Shown in pieces: positions 18,391-27,894 of a stretch of 53,045 nt of DNA. Source of the stretch: an uncultured Pirellula sp. (GTDB lineage: Bacteria > Planctomycetota > Planctomycetia > Pirellulales > Pirellulaceae). The notes below the pieces were generated by a model that saw only the letters and a program-made list of their open reading frames with translations, ran no database searches and was not told where the DNA came from. A program made the translations under genes and the position numbers. The stretch covers positions 1 to 53,045 of the forward strand of contig CAIJIZ010000216.1 of the NCBI GenBank assembly GCA_903820735.1. Reading direction: 5' to 3'. Within the stretch, counting starts at the first letter, position 1. Every line of letters starts with the position of its first letter.

Positions 18391-20430
18391 ATGGATCGGT
18401 CCGAGCAAATGTCCCGATTTCTCAGGTCGCTTATTCCAACATACCTATCCACTAGTTGTTCTGCTCTTAGCCGCTTTGCTCTTAGCCGCTTTGCTCTTAG
18501 CCGAATTGCTCTTTGTTGCATTGCTCCTAGCTGTATTACTCTGCTCCTTGAGCCTCAATTCCTAGAGCCTCAATTCCTTGGGCCTCAATGCGCATCGGCC
18601 CAGGAGCGAACTCCGGTACAGTCGTCGCAACTGCCGCAACCAATCCCGCAACCAATCCCGCAATCGGTTCCAACCCCACCGGCTCTTGCTCCGACGATCT
18701 CCGGTAAAACGCTCGATGAACTCGAAACGTTGCTTAAGGCAGCTCGTGTCGAACTCGGGCAACGCTTAGCTAAAGAAGATCAAGCTAATGCTGGTAAGCC
18801 AGAAACGCCTCCAGCTAGCCTCTTGGATGACCCGGTTCGAGATGGTGAAAAACGATTTCTGGAGCTTGAAGCCATTATCAAAGAGCGGCGAAGCCAGCGG
18901 GAAACCGAGTTGCTTAAGTCACCCAAAGGAACGTTAAAAGATCCGCTGGGAAGTCCACAGCAACAACCTGAGCAAATCGGGCCGACCGCTACCGAGCAAA
19001 ATCAAACATCTCCGTCGGCGGAAACGATTCAACAAGATCTAGTGGCGATGGGGGAATCCCTACTGCTCGCCGACGTGATCGCTTCTACGTTTCGCTCCTT
19101 TCCTGAAATTGAAATCGCACGACTTCAGGCTGGCGTAGCGCGTGGTGAAGTCACCCAAGCGAACGGCGCATACGACTTGCACCTTGACTACTACAATCTC
19201 AATCAACCCGTCGGGTATTACGAAAACAACAGATCGGGCGTGGGTGTATCAAGACAACTCTGGTGGGGTGGATACGCACATGCAGGCTATCGCATCGGAC
19301 GAGGTGCCTTCGAACCTTGGTACAAGGAGCGAGAGACCAACAAAGGTGGTGAGTTTCGTGTTGGATGGGTACAACCTCTACTCCAAGGTCGTGCAATAGA
19401 TCCTTATCGCGTGCAATTGTTTCAAGCCAACTTGGATCGCCAAGCTGTTGCGCCGGAAATCCAACAAAATGTCCTTGCCGCAAGCCTTGCGGCCGCAAGC
19501 GCCTATTGGCAATGGGTACAAGCCGGCAACGTTTTACGATCTCAGGAACAACTGCTTCAGCTTGCAATTAAACGCAATGAAGGTCTAAACCGACTGCTGG
19601 AACGCGGGCTCTCTACACGACAAGAGATTTCGATCAACGCTCAAACCATCTCTGAACGACAGCTTAAAGTGATGGAGTCGCGACAGAAATTTCGCGACAC
19701 CGCTTTCAAGCTCGCGATTTTTCTTCGAGATGAAGCCGGAACACCGATGCTTGCACGTCCCGAGTGGTTGCCAGATGCTTTTCCTACAATTTCGCGACTG
19801 GAGTTGCAGGATTTTGAGTCCGCATTTCTCGATGCACAACAACGGCGCCCGGAACTGAATTTGATTCAAATCGATCTGCAGAAGCTGCGATGGGAAGCGG
19901 AACTCGCACGCAATCAAACCCTTCCAAATGTTGACTTCACCATTCAAGGAGTCCAAAACGTCGGTGACCCTGCAACGAGTCTGAACGACAAAGGGGACTT
20001 CATTCTGGAATCCGGTGTTGTCGGTGGTGTGCCCGTTCAGCGTCGCAAAGCGCGCGGTAAACTCGAAAGTACCATGGCGAAAATCCAACAGACGGAACAG
20101 AAAAGATGGCTCACCACGAACAAAATCGAGATGGAACTGCGAGTAGCTCGCAATGCCCTCGAAGTCACTCGCGAGATGGTCGAGCGATCCACACAACTCC
20201 TGAACGAAACCAGGCAAACCCTTGAATTCTTCCGTCGCGATTTCGCATCTGGAAACCGTGACTTCTTGTTCCTCTTAGCACAAGAAGCAAAAGCGACCGA
20301 AGCTGAGATCAAGCTACTCGATGCCGAACGTGAGTACTACATCGCGTTGGCAAAGCTACAAACTGTACTCGGACTCGATCCATTGGAGCAGTCTTTGAGT
20401 TTTGAGCAATCGTTAAGTATCATCGAGTAG
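18391..20430 (+). CDS. TolC-family outer membrane efflux protein with long low-complexity N-terminus
   Basis: OEP-like repeats (QPLLQG, RRPEL, LPNVD). Third gene of the ABC-HlyD operon; start uncertain (18391 or 18409). Confidence 0.88.
   Translation: MDRSEQMSRFLRSLIPTYLSTSCSALSRFALSRFALSRIALCCIAPSCITLLLEPQFLEPQFLGPQCASAQERTPVQSSQLPQPIPQPIPQSVPTPPALAPTISGKTLDELETLLKAARVELGQRLAKEDQANAGKPETPPASLLDDPVRDGEKRFLELEAIIKERRSQRETELLKSPKGTLKDPLGSPQQQPEQIGPTATEQNQTSPSAETIQQDLVAMGESLLLADVIASTFRSFPEIEIARLQAGVARGEVTQANGAYDLHLDYYNLNQPVGYYENNRSGVGVSRQLWWGGYAHAGYRIGRGAFEPWYKERETNKGGEFRVGWVQPLLQGRAIDPYRVQLFQANLDRQAVAPEIQQNVLAASLAAASAYWQWVQAGNVLRSQEQLLQLAIKRNEGLNRLLERGLSTRQEISINAQTISERQLKVMESRQKFRDTAFKLAIFLRDEAGTPMLARPEWLPDAFPTISRLELQDFESAFLDAQQRRPELNLIQIDLQKLRWEAELARNQTLPNVDFTIQGVQNVGDPATSLNDKGDFILESGVVGGVPVQRRKARGKLESTMAKIQQTEQKRWLTTNKIEMELRVARNALEVTREMVERSTQLLNETRQTLEFFRRDFASGNRDFLFLLAQEAKATEAEIKLLDAEREYYIALAKLQTVLGLDPLEQSLSFEQSLSIIE
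18462..18663 (+). repeat. Cluster of coding micro-repeats in the TolC signal/linker region
   Basis: 15-mer tgctcttagccgctt with about 5 decaying copies (18462-18536), 15-mer cct(t/a)gagcctcaatt x3 (18546-18590), and 12-mer ccgcaaccaatc x2.5 (18634-18663). Confidence 0.85.
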
Positions 20431-20564
20431 TTCATCCAGCCTGTTTTGCAGCCACCGGATATCGACTTCGGCTATAATGCTATCAGTTAACGGGCATGCT
20501 GTTCGTTTCATCTCAAAGCCGACCGCATTGAGTTACTTCCCCAATTTACCCCTCCTGAATTGCT

Positions 20565-21002
20565 ATGACTCCACAAGAAAAAGCCGAATCGCTCGGAATT
20601 CGATTCTCGAAACAAACCCCTGGTTACCTTGCAATGGTTGTCCGCACAGGGAATTTGTTGATGACATCAGGCCACGTCAGCGACATGAAGGGTAAGTTGG
20701 GTGCGGGGCTGACCGTCGAGCAAGGAAAAGTTGCAGCGCGAGAGTGCGCGGAGAAGATTCTCAATTCGGTCTGGAACTTTCATGGAACACTCAATGGCTT
20801 GCGAGTCTTAAAGCTCCTCGGGTGCGTTAACTCGACCTTGGAATTCCACGAACAGCACCTTGTGGTCAACGGTTGCAGCGACTTACTCCACGAAATTTAC
20901 GGCAAAGAAACCGACGGGTACCACGCTCGCAGCGCTCTGGGGTTCGCTCAGATTCCAACCGGTTCGGCCGTCGAAGTCGAAGCGATCTTCGAAATCCTGT
21001 AG
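20565..21002 (+). CDS. RidA/YjgF family protein
   Basis: Motifs GNLLMTSGH, KLLGCVNS, NGCSDLL, HARSALG and AVEVE. Confidence 0.9.
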   Translation: MTPQEKAESLGIRFSKQTPGYLAMVVRTGNLLMTSGHVSDMKGKLGAGLTVEQGKVAARECAEKILNSVWNFHGTLNGLRVLKLLGCVNSTLEFHEQHLVVNGCSDLLHEIYGKETDGYHARSALGFAQIPTGSAVEVEAIFEIL

Positions 21003-21016
21003 TGAAACTGTTGCGG

Positions 21017-24000
21017 ATGGCAATCCCAATGTATCAATCGCGTTTGCGTTGGGGCTTAGTCGGTTCTATCGCATCAATATGTTTGCTTCTGTTGCCAATG
21101 ACTTGTATCGCTGCATGCATTGCGCAAGAACCCGGAGTGACAGAACCCGGATTGACAGAGCCTGGCTCATCAGAAAAAAGGACTTTAGGGATCGAGTTTT
21201 TTGAGACCCAAGTTCGACCGGTCCTGGCTCAACATTGCTACGAGTGCCATGGTCCAGACAAACAGAAAGGGAACCTGCGACTCGATAACTTGCCGTCGAT
21301 CCTCCAAGGCGGCGAAAGTGGACCAGCTATTCTCGTCGGCGACCCTGAGAATAGCTTATTGATCCAGGCTGTTAGGTACGAATCGTTGCAGATGCCTCCC
21401 ACTGGAAAAATAGCAACGAGCAAGATCGATGCACTGAAACGGTGGATAGCGGCGAGCGCACCTGTAGCAGGAGATTTTGCAACTCCGCGTGATCCAACTG
21501 ACTCGGAGTCTGATCATTCATCAAACAAGCATATCCGTTCCGAAGGTATTACCGAAAAGGATCGATCGCATTGGGCATTTCAACCAATCGCAAATCCAGG
21601 TATGCCTTCACATCCATCGCGGCCTAACATCCACCCTATCGATGCATGGATCTTCGATAGACTCGAACGAGAAGGGCTCTCCTCCACCCGACGAGCATCG
21701 ACGCGAGAACTCATTCGGCGCGTAACCTTTACCCTCACGGGACTTCCTCCTACTTTCCAGGCTTTGGAGCACTGGGCCTCGAGACTCGAGGCGCAATCGA
21801 AAGGCCCTCTAGATAAAGACCCTCCAGCTAATGGAGAGGAATTGATTGATAATCGCGCCTTTGAAAGCGCATGGAATCCAGAGGCTTACTGCGAACTGAT
21901 CGATACTTTATTGGAGTCTCCCGCATATGCTGAGCATTGGGCACGGCACTGGCTTGACGTAGTCCGTTTCGCGCAAAGCAACGGTTATGAACGGGATGGA
22001 TACAAACCCCATGCTTGGAAGTACCGAGACTATGTAGTCCAAGCCTTTAAGTCAGACAAACCCTACAATCAGTTCCTCATCGAGCAACTTGCCGGAGACG
22101 AACTACCCGATGCAAACGCTACTTCTCGAATAGCTACGGGCTTTTATCGATTGGGCGTCTGGGACGATGAACCCGATGATAAACGACAAGCCGAGTACGA
22201 CGATTTGGATGACATTATGGTTACGATAGGCTCCACCTTCATGGGGTTATCCATCGGTTGTGCTCGTTGTCATGATCATAAATTTGATCCTATCCCGCAA
22301 TCGGATTACTACAGCATGTTAGCATGCATCCGAAACATCCAACGCTATAGCAACCCGGAAAACAATATCGAGAACAGCACTTCGTTTCCATTGGTAGACG
22401 ATGCCTTAATCCGTCAACGGATGAAAACCTATCTTGATTCCAAACAGGAAACTCCTAATGGCGGCGATAAGTCTTTGGGGATCGCTGACTGGGGATTGGT
22501 TGTGCGAGAATCAAACGCAAGTCCACCCGAAACACACGTGTTGATACGAGGCAATGCTGCTACACCGGGCGCGGTAGTACCACCGGGCTTCCTGCAGGTA
22601 CTCGCGTCCCCGACCAACGCTGTGTCTTCCGAGAGCATTTTCCGTGGCTCCGAGTCGCCGTTGGAAGATCTTTTTCCAAGCAGTGGGCGACGATTGGGAT
22701 TGGCTCGCTGGTTGGCTAGTCCAAGCCATCCGCTTACTGCTCGCGTCTTGGTGAACCGACTGTGGCATTACCATTTCGGACGCGGGATTGTTGCGACAAC
22801 TGCCGACTTCGGCATCGCCGGTGGAACGCCATCCCATCCGGAATTGCTCGATCATCTTGCTACGGAATTTCTTTCGCACGGTTGGTCGATCAAACACATG
22901 CATCGTTACATACTCACCTCCGAAGCATTTCAGCGTTCCTCACGCGTCGATACTCGCGATGGAACAGAGATGACCAAAGATCCTGGCAATCGTTTACTTT
23001 GGCGACAGAACATTCGACGGTTAGAAGCCGAATCGATTCGAGACAGTCTTTTGTTTGCCACCGGAGAACTTAATCAAACCGTCGGTGGAGTGGAAATGTA
23101 CCCCAAGCTCAGCGGTGAAGTCCTTGCTGGTCAAAGCAAACCTGGGCTTGATTGGCGCGTATCCCCCGCTGATCAGCAGAATCGCAAAAGCATCTATGCC
23201 ATTGTGAAACGGTCGGTTCGAGATCCCTTATTGGAAACATTCGATTATTCGAATACCACCAGTCCATTAACCGAGAGGCCCGTCACGACAGTTGCGACGC
23301 AATCGTTGATGTTGCTCAATAGCCGTTTCACCGCAGAACGGGCGGCGGCTCTCTCTGGGAGGATAACGGAACTTACTGCTGAAACCAAAGGCCAAACGGA
23401 TCAAGTATATCGCGCGGTACTTCAACGCGAACCAACTTGCTCAGAGCGTGCGATTTCTGTCGATAGCCTCGAACGCATGAAGAGAGCTTACATTCCTCTC
23501 GCAGACCAATTGCACTTTCGTACCGATGTCCCGGTTTCTCTTTTCTCAGGGTATCGCCAGCAACTGCCCGGTTCGGATTTCTTCCAAACCCCTGAAACCA
23601 TTTACGGGACAAAGCCATGGCAAAGCTTCAGCGGCTTATGGGGAGGTGGATATGAAGGAATCGATGTGGTGGATAAATCGTTCGGCCCCTTTGCCCTGTT
23701 GAAACGCGATGAGTTTCGAGATGGTGCGGTTCAAGGCAAGTTACGGATGGATCGGACCACGGAACTCGCGACTCTAATTCTCCGAGCCAAGCAAGTCGTG
23801 GTAGCAAATCAAGGAAGCCGATGGAGTGGGGTGGCTTTGCGATTCGACCCAATCAATCAAGTCGTAACGCTCGAGCAAAATCAACTTGGAAATCATGAAC
23901 CTATCATCGGACAGACTAGTGCGCCTAGTACTTCTGAATCTGCGATGCGCGCTGAAACACGTGTTCGATTGCGCCATAAAATTCCTGTTGAACAATGGAT

Positions 24001-24970
24001 CCCATTCCGATTTCAACTCCAAGGTGATCGAGCGATGCTTTGGTTGAACAACCTTGCTGACCCCAAACCATTGCTCGACCTGCAACTTGATTCCCAGCAC
24101 AACCTTGATGGAGCTGACGGTGTTACTGGAACCCTAGGAGTAGCGGTCTGGGGCGGAACCCTATCCTTCGATCCACTGGTGCTGCAAACGGATGAACCTC
24201 AAGTAAATTCGCTGGATACAAAATCGCTGGATACAAAATCGGAATCGAAGACCTCTCTAGCGAGAGCACGCGATATAGCAGAATCGAACGCGCCACCCAA
24301 GCATTGGACAAGTTATGGCGGGGATTGGACGTTACGTCCCGACGGAATTCTTAAGGTAGGTCCCGAACAAGGGCCCAAGTTGATTTGGGATCAAGCGGCG
24401 TTGCGCGACGGAGAGGTTTCGGTCGATTTAAAGTTTGCCTCCGGGGCAGCAAACATCGGTGGTCTCATCTTGAGGGTTAGCGAGCCGAAAGTCGGGGCTG
24501 ATAACTGGCTAGGTTACGAAGTATCGCTGAACATGACTACGAAAACGATTCTATTCGGGGAGCATCGCAATAACTGGACTCCGTTGGCCGAAGTCCCTTC
24601 GGATATCGCAACAGATCGATGGCATCGACTCAAAGCTCGCATGGAAACGCTCAACGATGGACAACTGAAACTCGCAATTTTTTTGGACGATCAACCTACA
24701 CCATTGTTGACTCAGACCCTATCGGTTCCACTGCCAGGCGACGCGATCGGTTTGAGAACTTGGGGGTCGCAAATCGAGTACCGAGATTTCGTGCTTCGAC
24801 GTGGCAATGAAGAATTGCGACCTGATTGGAGCATCGCAAGGAACGCGCCGCAAAATACAAGTAACTCAGCAACAAGCGACGGTGACGTCGAGGCTTGGGC
24901 CGCAAGAAAAGCTCTTGAGATGCTGTGCCGGACTCTGATGAACACTAACGAATTCATGTACGTGGACTAG
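21017..24970 (+). CDS. Planctomycete cytochrome c / DUF1549 / DUF1553 (PSD1) protein with C-terminal beta-sandwich (DUF1080-like) inserts
   Basis: Motifs FFETQVRPVL..HCYECHG, HWAFQP, ARHWLDVVRFA, CARCHDHKFDP, VNRLWHYHFGRG, SHPELLD and terminal NTNEFMYVD. Confidence 0.93.
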   Translation: MAIPMYQSRLRWGLVGSIASICLLLLPMTCIAACIAQEPGVTEPGLTEPGSSEKRTLGIEFFETQVRPVLAQHCYECHGPDKQKGNLRLDNLPSILQGGESGPAILVGDPENSLLIQAVRYESLQMPPTGKIATSKIDALKRWIAASAPVAGDFATPRDPTDSESDHSSNKHIRSEGITEKDRSHWAFQPIANPGMPSHPSRPNIHPIDAWIFDRLEREGLSSTRRASTRELIRRVTFTLTGLPPTFQALEHWASRLEAQSKGPLDKDPPANGEELIDNRAFESAWNPEAYCELIDTLLESPAYAEHWARHWLDVVRFAQSNGYERDGYKPHAWKYRDYVVQAFKSDKPYNQFLIEQLAGDELPDANATSRIATGFYRLGVWDDEPDDKRQAEYDDLDDIMVTIGSTFMGLSIGCARCHDHKFDPIPQSDYYSMLACIRNIQRYSNPENNIENSTSFPLVDDALIRQRMKTYLDSKQETPNGGDKSLGIADWGLVVRESNASPPETHVLIRGNAATPGAVVPPGFLQVLASPTNAVSSESIFRGSESPLEDLFPSSGRRLGLARWLASPSHPLTARVLVNRLWHYHFGRGIVATTADFGIAGGTPSHPELLDHLATEFLSHGWSIKHMHRYILTSEAFQRSSRVDTRDGTEMTKDPGNRLLWRQNIRRLEAESIRDSLLFATGELNQTVGGVEMYPKLSGEVLAGQSKPGLDWRVSPADQQNRKSIYAIVKRSVRDPLLETFDYSNTTSPLTERPVTTVATQSLMLLNSRFTAERAAALSGRITELTAETKGQTDQVYRAVLQREPTCSERAISVDSLERMKRAYIPLADQLHFRTDVPVSLFSGYRQQLPGSDFFQTPETIYGTKPWQSFSGLWGGGYEGIDVVDKSFGPFALLKRDEFRDGAVQGKLRMDRTTELATLILRAKQVVVANQGSRWSGVALRFDPINQVVTLEQNQLGNHEPIIGQTSAPSTSESAMRAETRVRLRHKIPVEQWIPFRFQLQGDRAMLWLNNLADPKPLLDLQLDSQHNLDGADGVTGTLGVAVWGGTLSFDPLVLQTDEPQVNSLDTKSLDTKSESKTSLARARDIAESNAPPKHWTSYGGDWTLRPDGILKVGPEQGPKLIWDQAALRDGEVSVDLKFASGAANIGGLILRVSEPKVGADNWLGYEVSLNMTTKTILFGEHRNNWTPLAEVPSDIATDRWHRLKARMETLNDGQLKLAIFLDDQPTPLLTQTLSVPLPGDAIGLRTWGSQIEYRDFVLRRGNEELRPDWSIARNAPQNTSNSATSDGDVEAWAARKALEMLCRTLMNTNEFMYVD

Positions 24971-24979
24971 GGGCCCGAA

Positions 24980-26443
24980 ATGTATCCAGCTCGACGACGA
25001 TTCTTGAAAGATACCGGTGCCGGCTTTACCGGACTTGCTCTCGCGTCCATGCTTGCAGAGCAAGGAGATTTGAAACGATTGTTGGCCCAAGGCCCAAGCG
25101 TGTTGGGTGATACGAAGCTTGGTGCTGCACAAGAGTTGGGTGCTGAACTACCCGGCAAAGCCAAATATTGCATTTTTCTCTACATGTACGGTGGTCCCTC
25201 TCAGATGGACTTGTTCGATTACAAGCCCGAATTGCAGAAACGAGATGGACAATCGGTTCGCATCGAATTGCGACGTAACGACGTCAAAGAGGGGAAGTTA
25301 CTAGGATCGAAGAGAGTTTTCGCGCAGCATGGGCAAAGTGGATTATGGTGCTCTGACGCTTTGCCAAACTTATCGAAACATATGGATAAGTTGGCGGTGA
25401 TCAAAAGCCTGTACCAAGACTCCTTCGCGCATGGATCGGCTAATCTGCAAATGAATTGCGGCAGGATCCAGCAAGGTTATCCCTCGATAGGTTCATGGCT
25501 AAGCTACGGTTTAGGCTCCGAAAATCGTAACCTGCCAAATTTCGTAGTGATGCTCGACCCTCGCGGTGGCCCTATTCCGGGGGCACCCAATTGGGGAGCA
25601 GGATTCATGGAAGCGACTCATCAGGGGACTGTACTGCGCACAAGCAGTGAACCAATCCTCGACTTAAATCCCTACGAGAGAATTCCTGGAACGATGCAAC
25701 GCGAACAGATCGACACGCTCAATGCATTGAACTCCGAGCATCTCGCATCTCGACCGTCGATGTCAGAACTAGAAGCGAGAATCGCTTCTTACGAACTTGC
25801 GTTTCAGTTGCAAACCAGTGCGCCCGAAGCCTTGAATCTATCCGAGGAAACACAAGCAACCCTCGATATGTACGGTGTGCATCTACCAGCGGGATCTCAT
25901 AAGCTTTCTGTAGGTCCTTCGGTTTTTGGAAGGCAGTGCCTGATCGCCCGCAGATTGATTGAACGAGGTGTGCGATTTATTCAGATCTACAGCGGGGGTG
26001 GTCACCAGCAACAGAACTGGGATGCTCACTTCGGCGTGGAAGAAAACCTCGCGATTCATTGCCCTGAAATCGACCAACCAATCGCCGCATTGCTGACCGA
26101 CCTCGAACAACGAGGGCTTCTCGATGAGACTCTCATCGTTTGGGGTGGGGAGTTTGGAAGACAACCTGTATCGCAAGGTGATCAAGGGGGCCGCGATCAC
26201 AATCCTAAAGGCTTTACCTACTGGTTAGCTGGTGGTGGGGTGCGCGGAGGAACAAGTTACGGCGAAACAGATGATTTGGGATCTGAAGCAGCGGTCGACC
26301 GCCGACATGTGCGAGACTTGCACGCGACGATCCTGAGACTCATGGGGATCGACCACAACTTGCTTACTTACTTCTACGGCGGACTCGATCATAAACTGAC
26401 AGGCGTACAAGAATCGCACTTCATTCGCGAAGTGATCGCGTAA
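24980..26443 (+). CDS. DUF1501 domain protein (sulfatase-like, Tat signal)
   Basis: Motifs RRRFLK, GGPSQMDLFDYKP, ERGVRFIQ, WDAH, GEFGR and GRDHNP. Confidence 0.93.
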   Translation: MYPARRRFLKDTGAGFTGLALASMLAEQGDLKRLLAQGPSVLGDTKLGAAQELGAELPGKAKYCIFLYMYGGPSQMDLFDYKPELQKRDGQSVRIELRRNDVKEGKLLGSKRVFAQHGQSGLWCSDALPNLSKHMDKLAVIKSLYQDSFAHGSANLQMNCGRIQQGYPSIGSWLSYGLGSENRNLPNFVVMLDPRGGPIPGAPNWGAGFMEATHQGTVLRTSSEPILDLNPYERIPGTMQREQIDTLNALNSEHLASRPSMSELEARIASYELAFQLQTSAPEALNLSEETQATLDMYGVHLPAGSHKLSVGPSVFGRQCLIARRLIERGVRFIQIYSGGGHQQQNWDAHFGVEENLAIHCPEIDQPIAALLTDLEQRGLLDETLIVWGGEFGRQPVSQGDQGGRDHNPKGFTYWLAGGGVRGGTSYGETDDLGSEAAVDRRHVRDLHATILRLMGIDHNLLTYFYGGLDHKLTGVQESHFIREVIA

Positions 26444-26471
26444 CAAACATCACTATGGATGCTTGTTACGC
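26438..26471. terminator. Hairpin between convergent genes (possible bidirectional terminator)
   Basis: GCGTAACAA-A-CATC / 6-nt loop / GATG-C-TTGTTACGC gives 13 of 14 paired positions. There is no strong U-tract. Confidence 0.5.
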
Positions 26472-26508
26472 TACGAATCTTGAATCGGATCATTGAGCGT
26501 TGAGATAA

Positions 26509-27852
26509 TTAAACCTTTGGAATCTCAAATCCCGCGCGTTGTACTCGGGCTTGCATCGCCGCTGCGACATCGTCCCCTTCGATCCGCTCTGTCGTCGCAT
26601 TCCACTTCAACTTTCGCTTCAGTCGTCCTGCAATTGCTGAAAGGTGACACAGGTTCATCGTCAGCAAGTGTGAGTAAACATCCGAAACAGGCAATCCACC
26701 CTCGGCAATGCAACGATAAAAGTTCGCTTTGTGCCCTTCATGTGGCTTACCTTTATACAACGCTTGCAACTCCGCATCGCCGTAAACATCCTTATCCCAT
26801 TGCTCTTCAATCGGCTTGCCTGTGATGCGTTCCCGGTTGACGAAAATACGACCCTTAGTCCCTTCGATCAACAATCCGTTATCGCCACGGCTGGTTACAT
26901 GAATCTCCATTCCGTTAGCGAAACGATGGATGATATTGAAATCATGCGAGGTATTGAAGCGATCATCCATCAAAGGATTGCCGTCCTTCATCTCCACGGG
27001 ATGCGTGCAATCCGATCCATCGACTTCAACCGGACCGGTCCCTTGTTCCGTTTGATTCGCTGCCCATAGGGCAATATCGATGTGGTGAGCCCCCCAGTCG
27101 GTGAACTTGCCTCCCGAGTACTCATACCACCAACGGAAATCGTTGTGGCAACGTTGCTGGATGTAGTCCACTTTGGGTGCTTGGCCAAGCCACATATCCC
27201 AATTCAAATTAGCCGGAGGTGCAGCTTTCGCGAAGGGACCTCCCGTGGGTGAACCATTGATACCGCAAGTGATCTTCTTGATGTCTCCCAGCAGTCCCTT
27301 ATGGGCCATGTTCACAGCCCGCAGGAACAGTCGCTTATCGGAGCGTTGTTGTGTGCCGATGAAAAACGCAAGTTTCGGATTGGCTTGACAAGCCGCGCGA
27401 ATGGCCAAGTTCTCGGCGAGCGTAAGGGTCAATGGCTTCTGGCAGAACACATGCTTGCCAGCTTGCAATGCTTCAATTGCGATTTTGGTATGCCAATGGT
27501 CTGGGGTCACGATACTGACCACGTCGACATTTTTATTCTCAAGCACTCGGCGATAATCCTCGACCGACTCTGCTTTGCCCTTGCCGATCTTCTCATCGTT
27601 GCGAGCTCGCTCGCGATGGTTTGCGTCCACATCGCAGACAGCAATGATATCTGCAAATCGATTGTGATCGTGGGCATCACCCGTACCCATCCCGCCAAGC
27701 CCGATACAACCAACTCGCAATCGGTCCTGAGAAGCAAAAGGGGCCCCCTGGGCGCTCGAAGACCAATAAGGGTTAAATGCAGGTACTGCGGCCATCGCAG
27801 CGACAGTGCCGGCAGTTTTTCCGAGAAACTCACGACGAGAGGATTGGGTCAT
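26509..27852 (-). CDS. Gfo/Idh/MocA family oxidoreductase, Tat-exported
   Basis: Motifs SRREFL, IGLGGMG, TPDHWH, CQKPL and DWGAHHID. Confidence 0.93.
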   Translation of the reverse strand: MTQSSRREFLGKTAGTVAAMAAVPAFNPYWSSSAQGAPFASQDRLRVGCIGLGGMGTGDAHDHNRFADIIAVCDVDANHRERARNDEKIGKGKAESVEDYRRVLENKNVDVVSIVTPDHWHTKIAIEALQAGKHVFCQKPLTLTLAENLAIRAACQANPKLAFFIGTQQRSDKRLFLRAVNMAHKGLLGDIKKITCGINGSPTGGPFAKAAPPANLNWDMWLGQAPKVDYIQQRCHNDFRWWYEYSGGKFTDWGAHHIDIALWAANQTEQGTGPVEVDGSDCTHPVEMKDGNPLMDDRFNTSHDFNIIHRFANGMEIHVTSRGDNGLLIEGTKGRIFVNRERITGKPIEEQWDKDVYGDAELQALYKGKPHEGHKANFYRCIAEGGLPVSDVYSHLLTMNLCHLSAIAGRLKRKLKWNATTERIEGDDVAAAMQARVQRAGFEIPKV

Positions 27853-27894
27853 GGGTAAAAATCCTAAAAGTGGAAGAAGTATAGAACACTGACT

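Noticed and set aside
20873-21016. N-terminal extension of the 1365-aa ORF
   Set aside because: It overlaps the RidA gene. The signal-peptide-like sequence begins at about 21017-21029.
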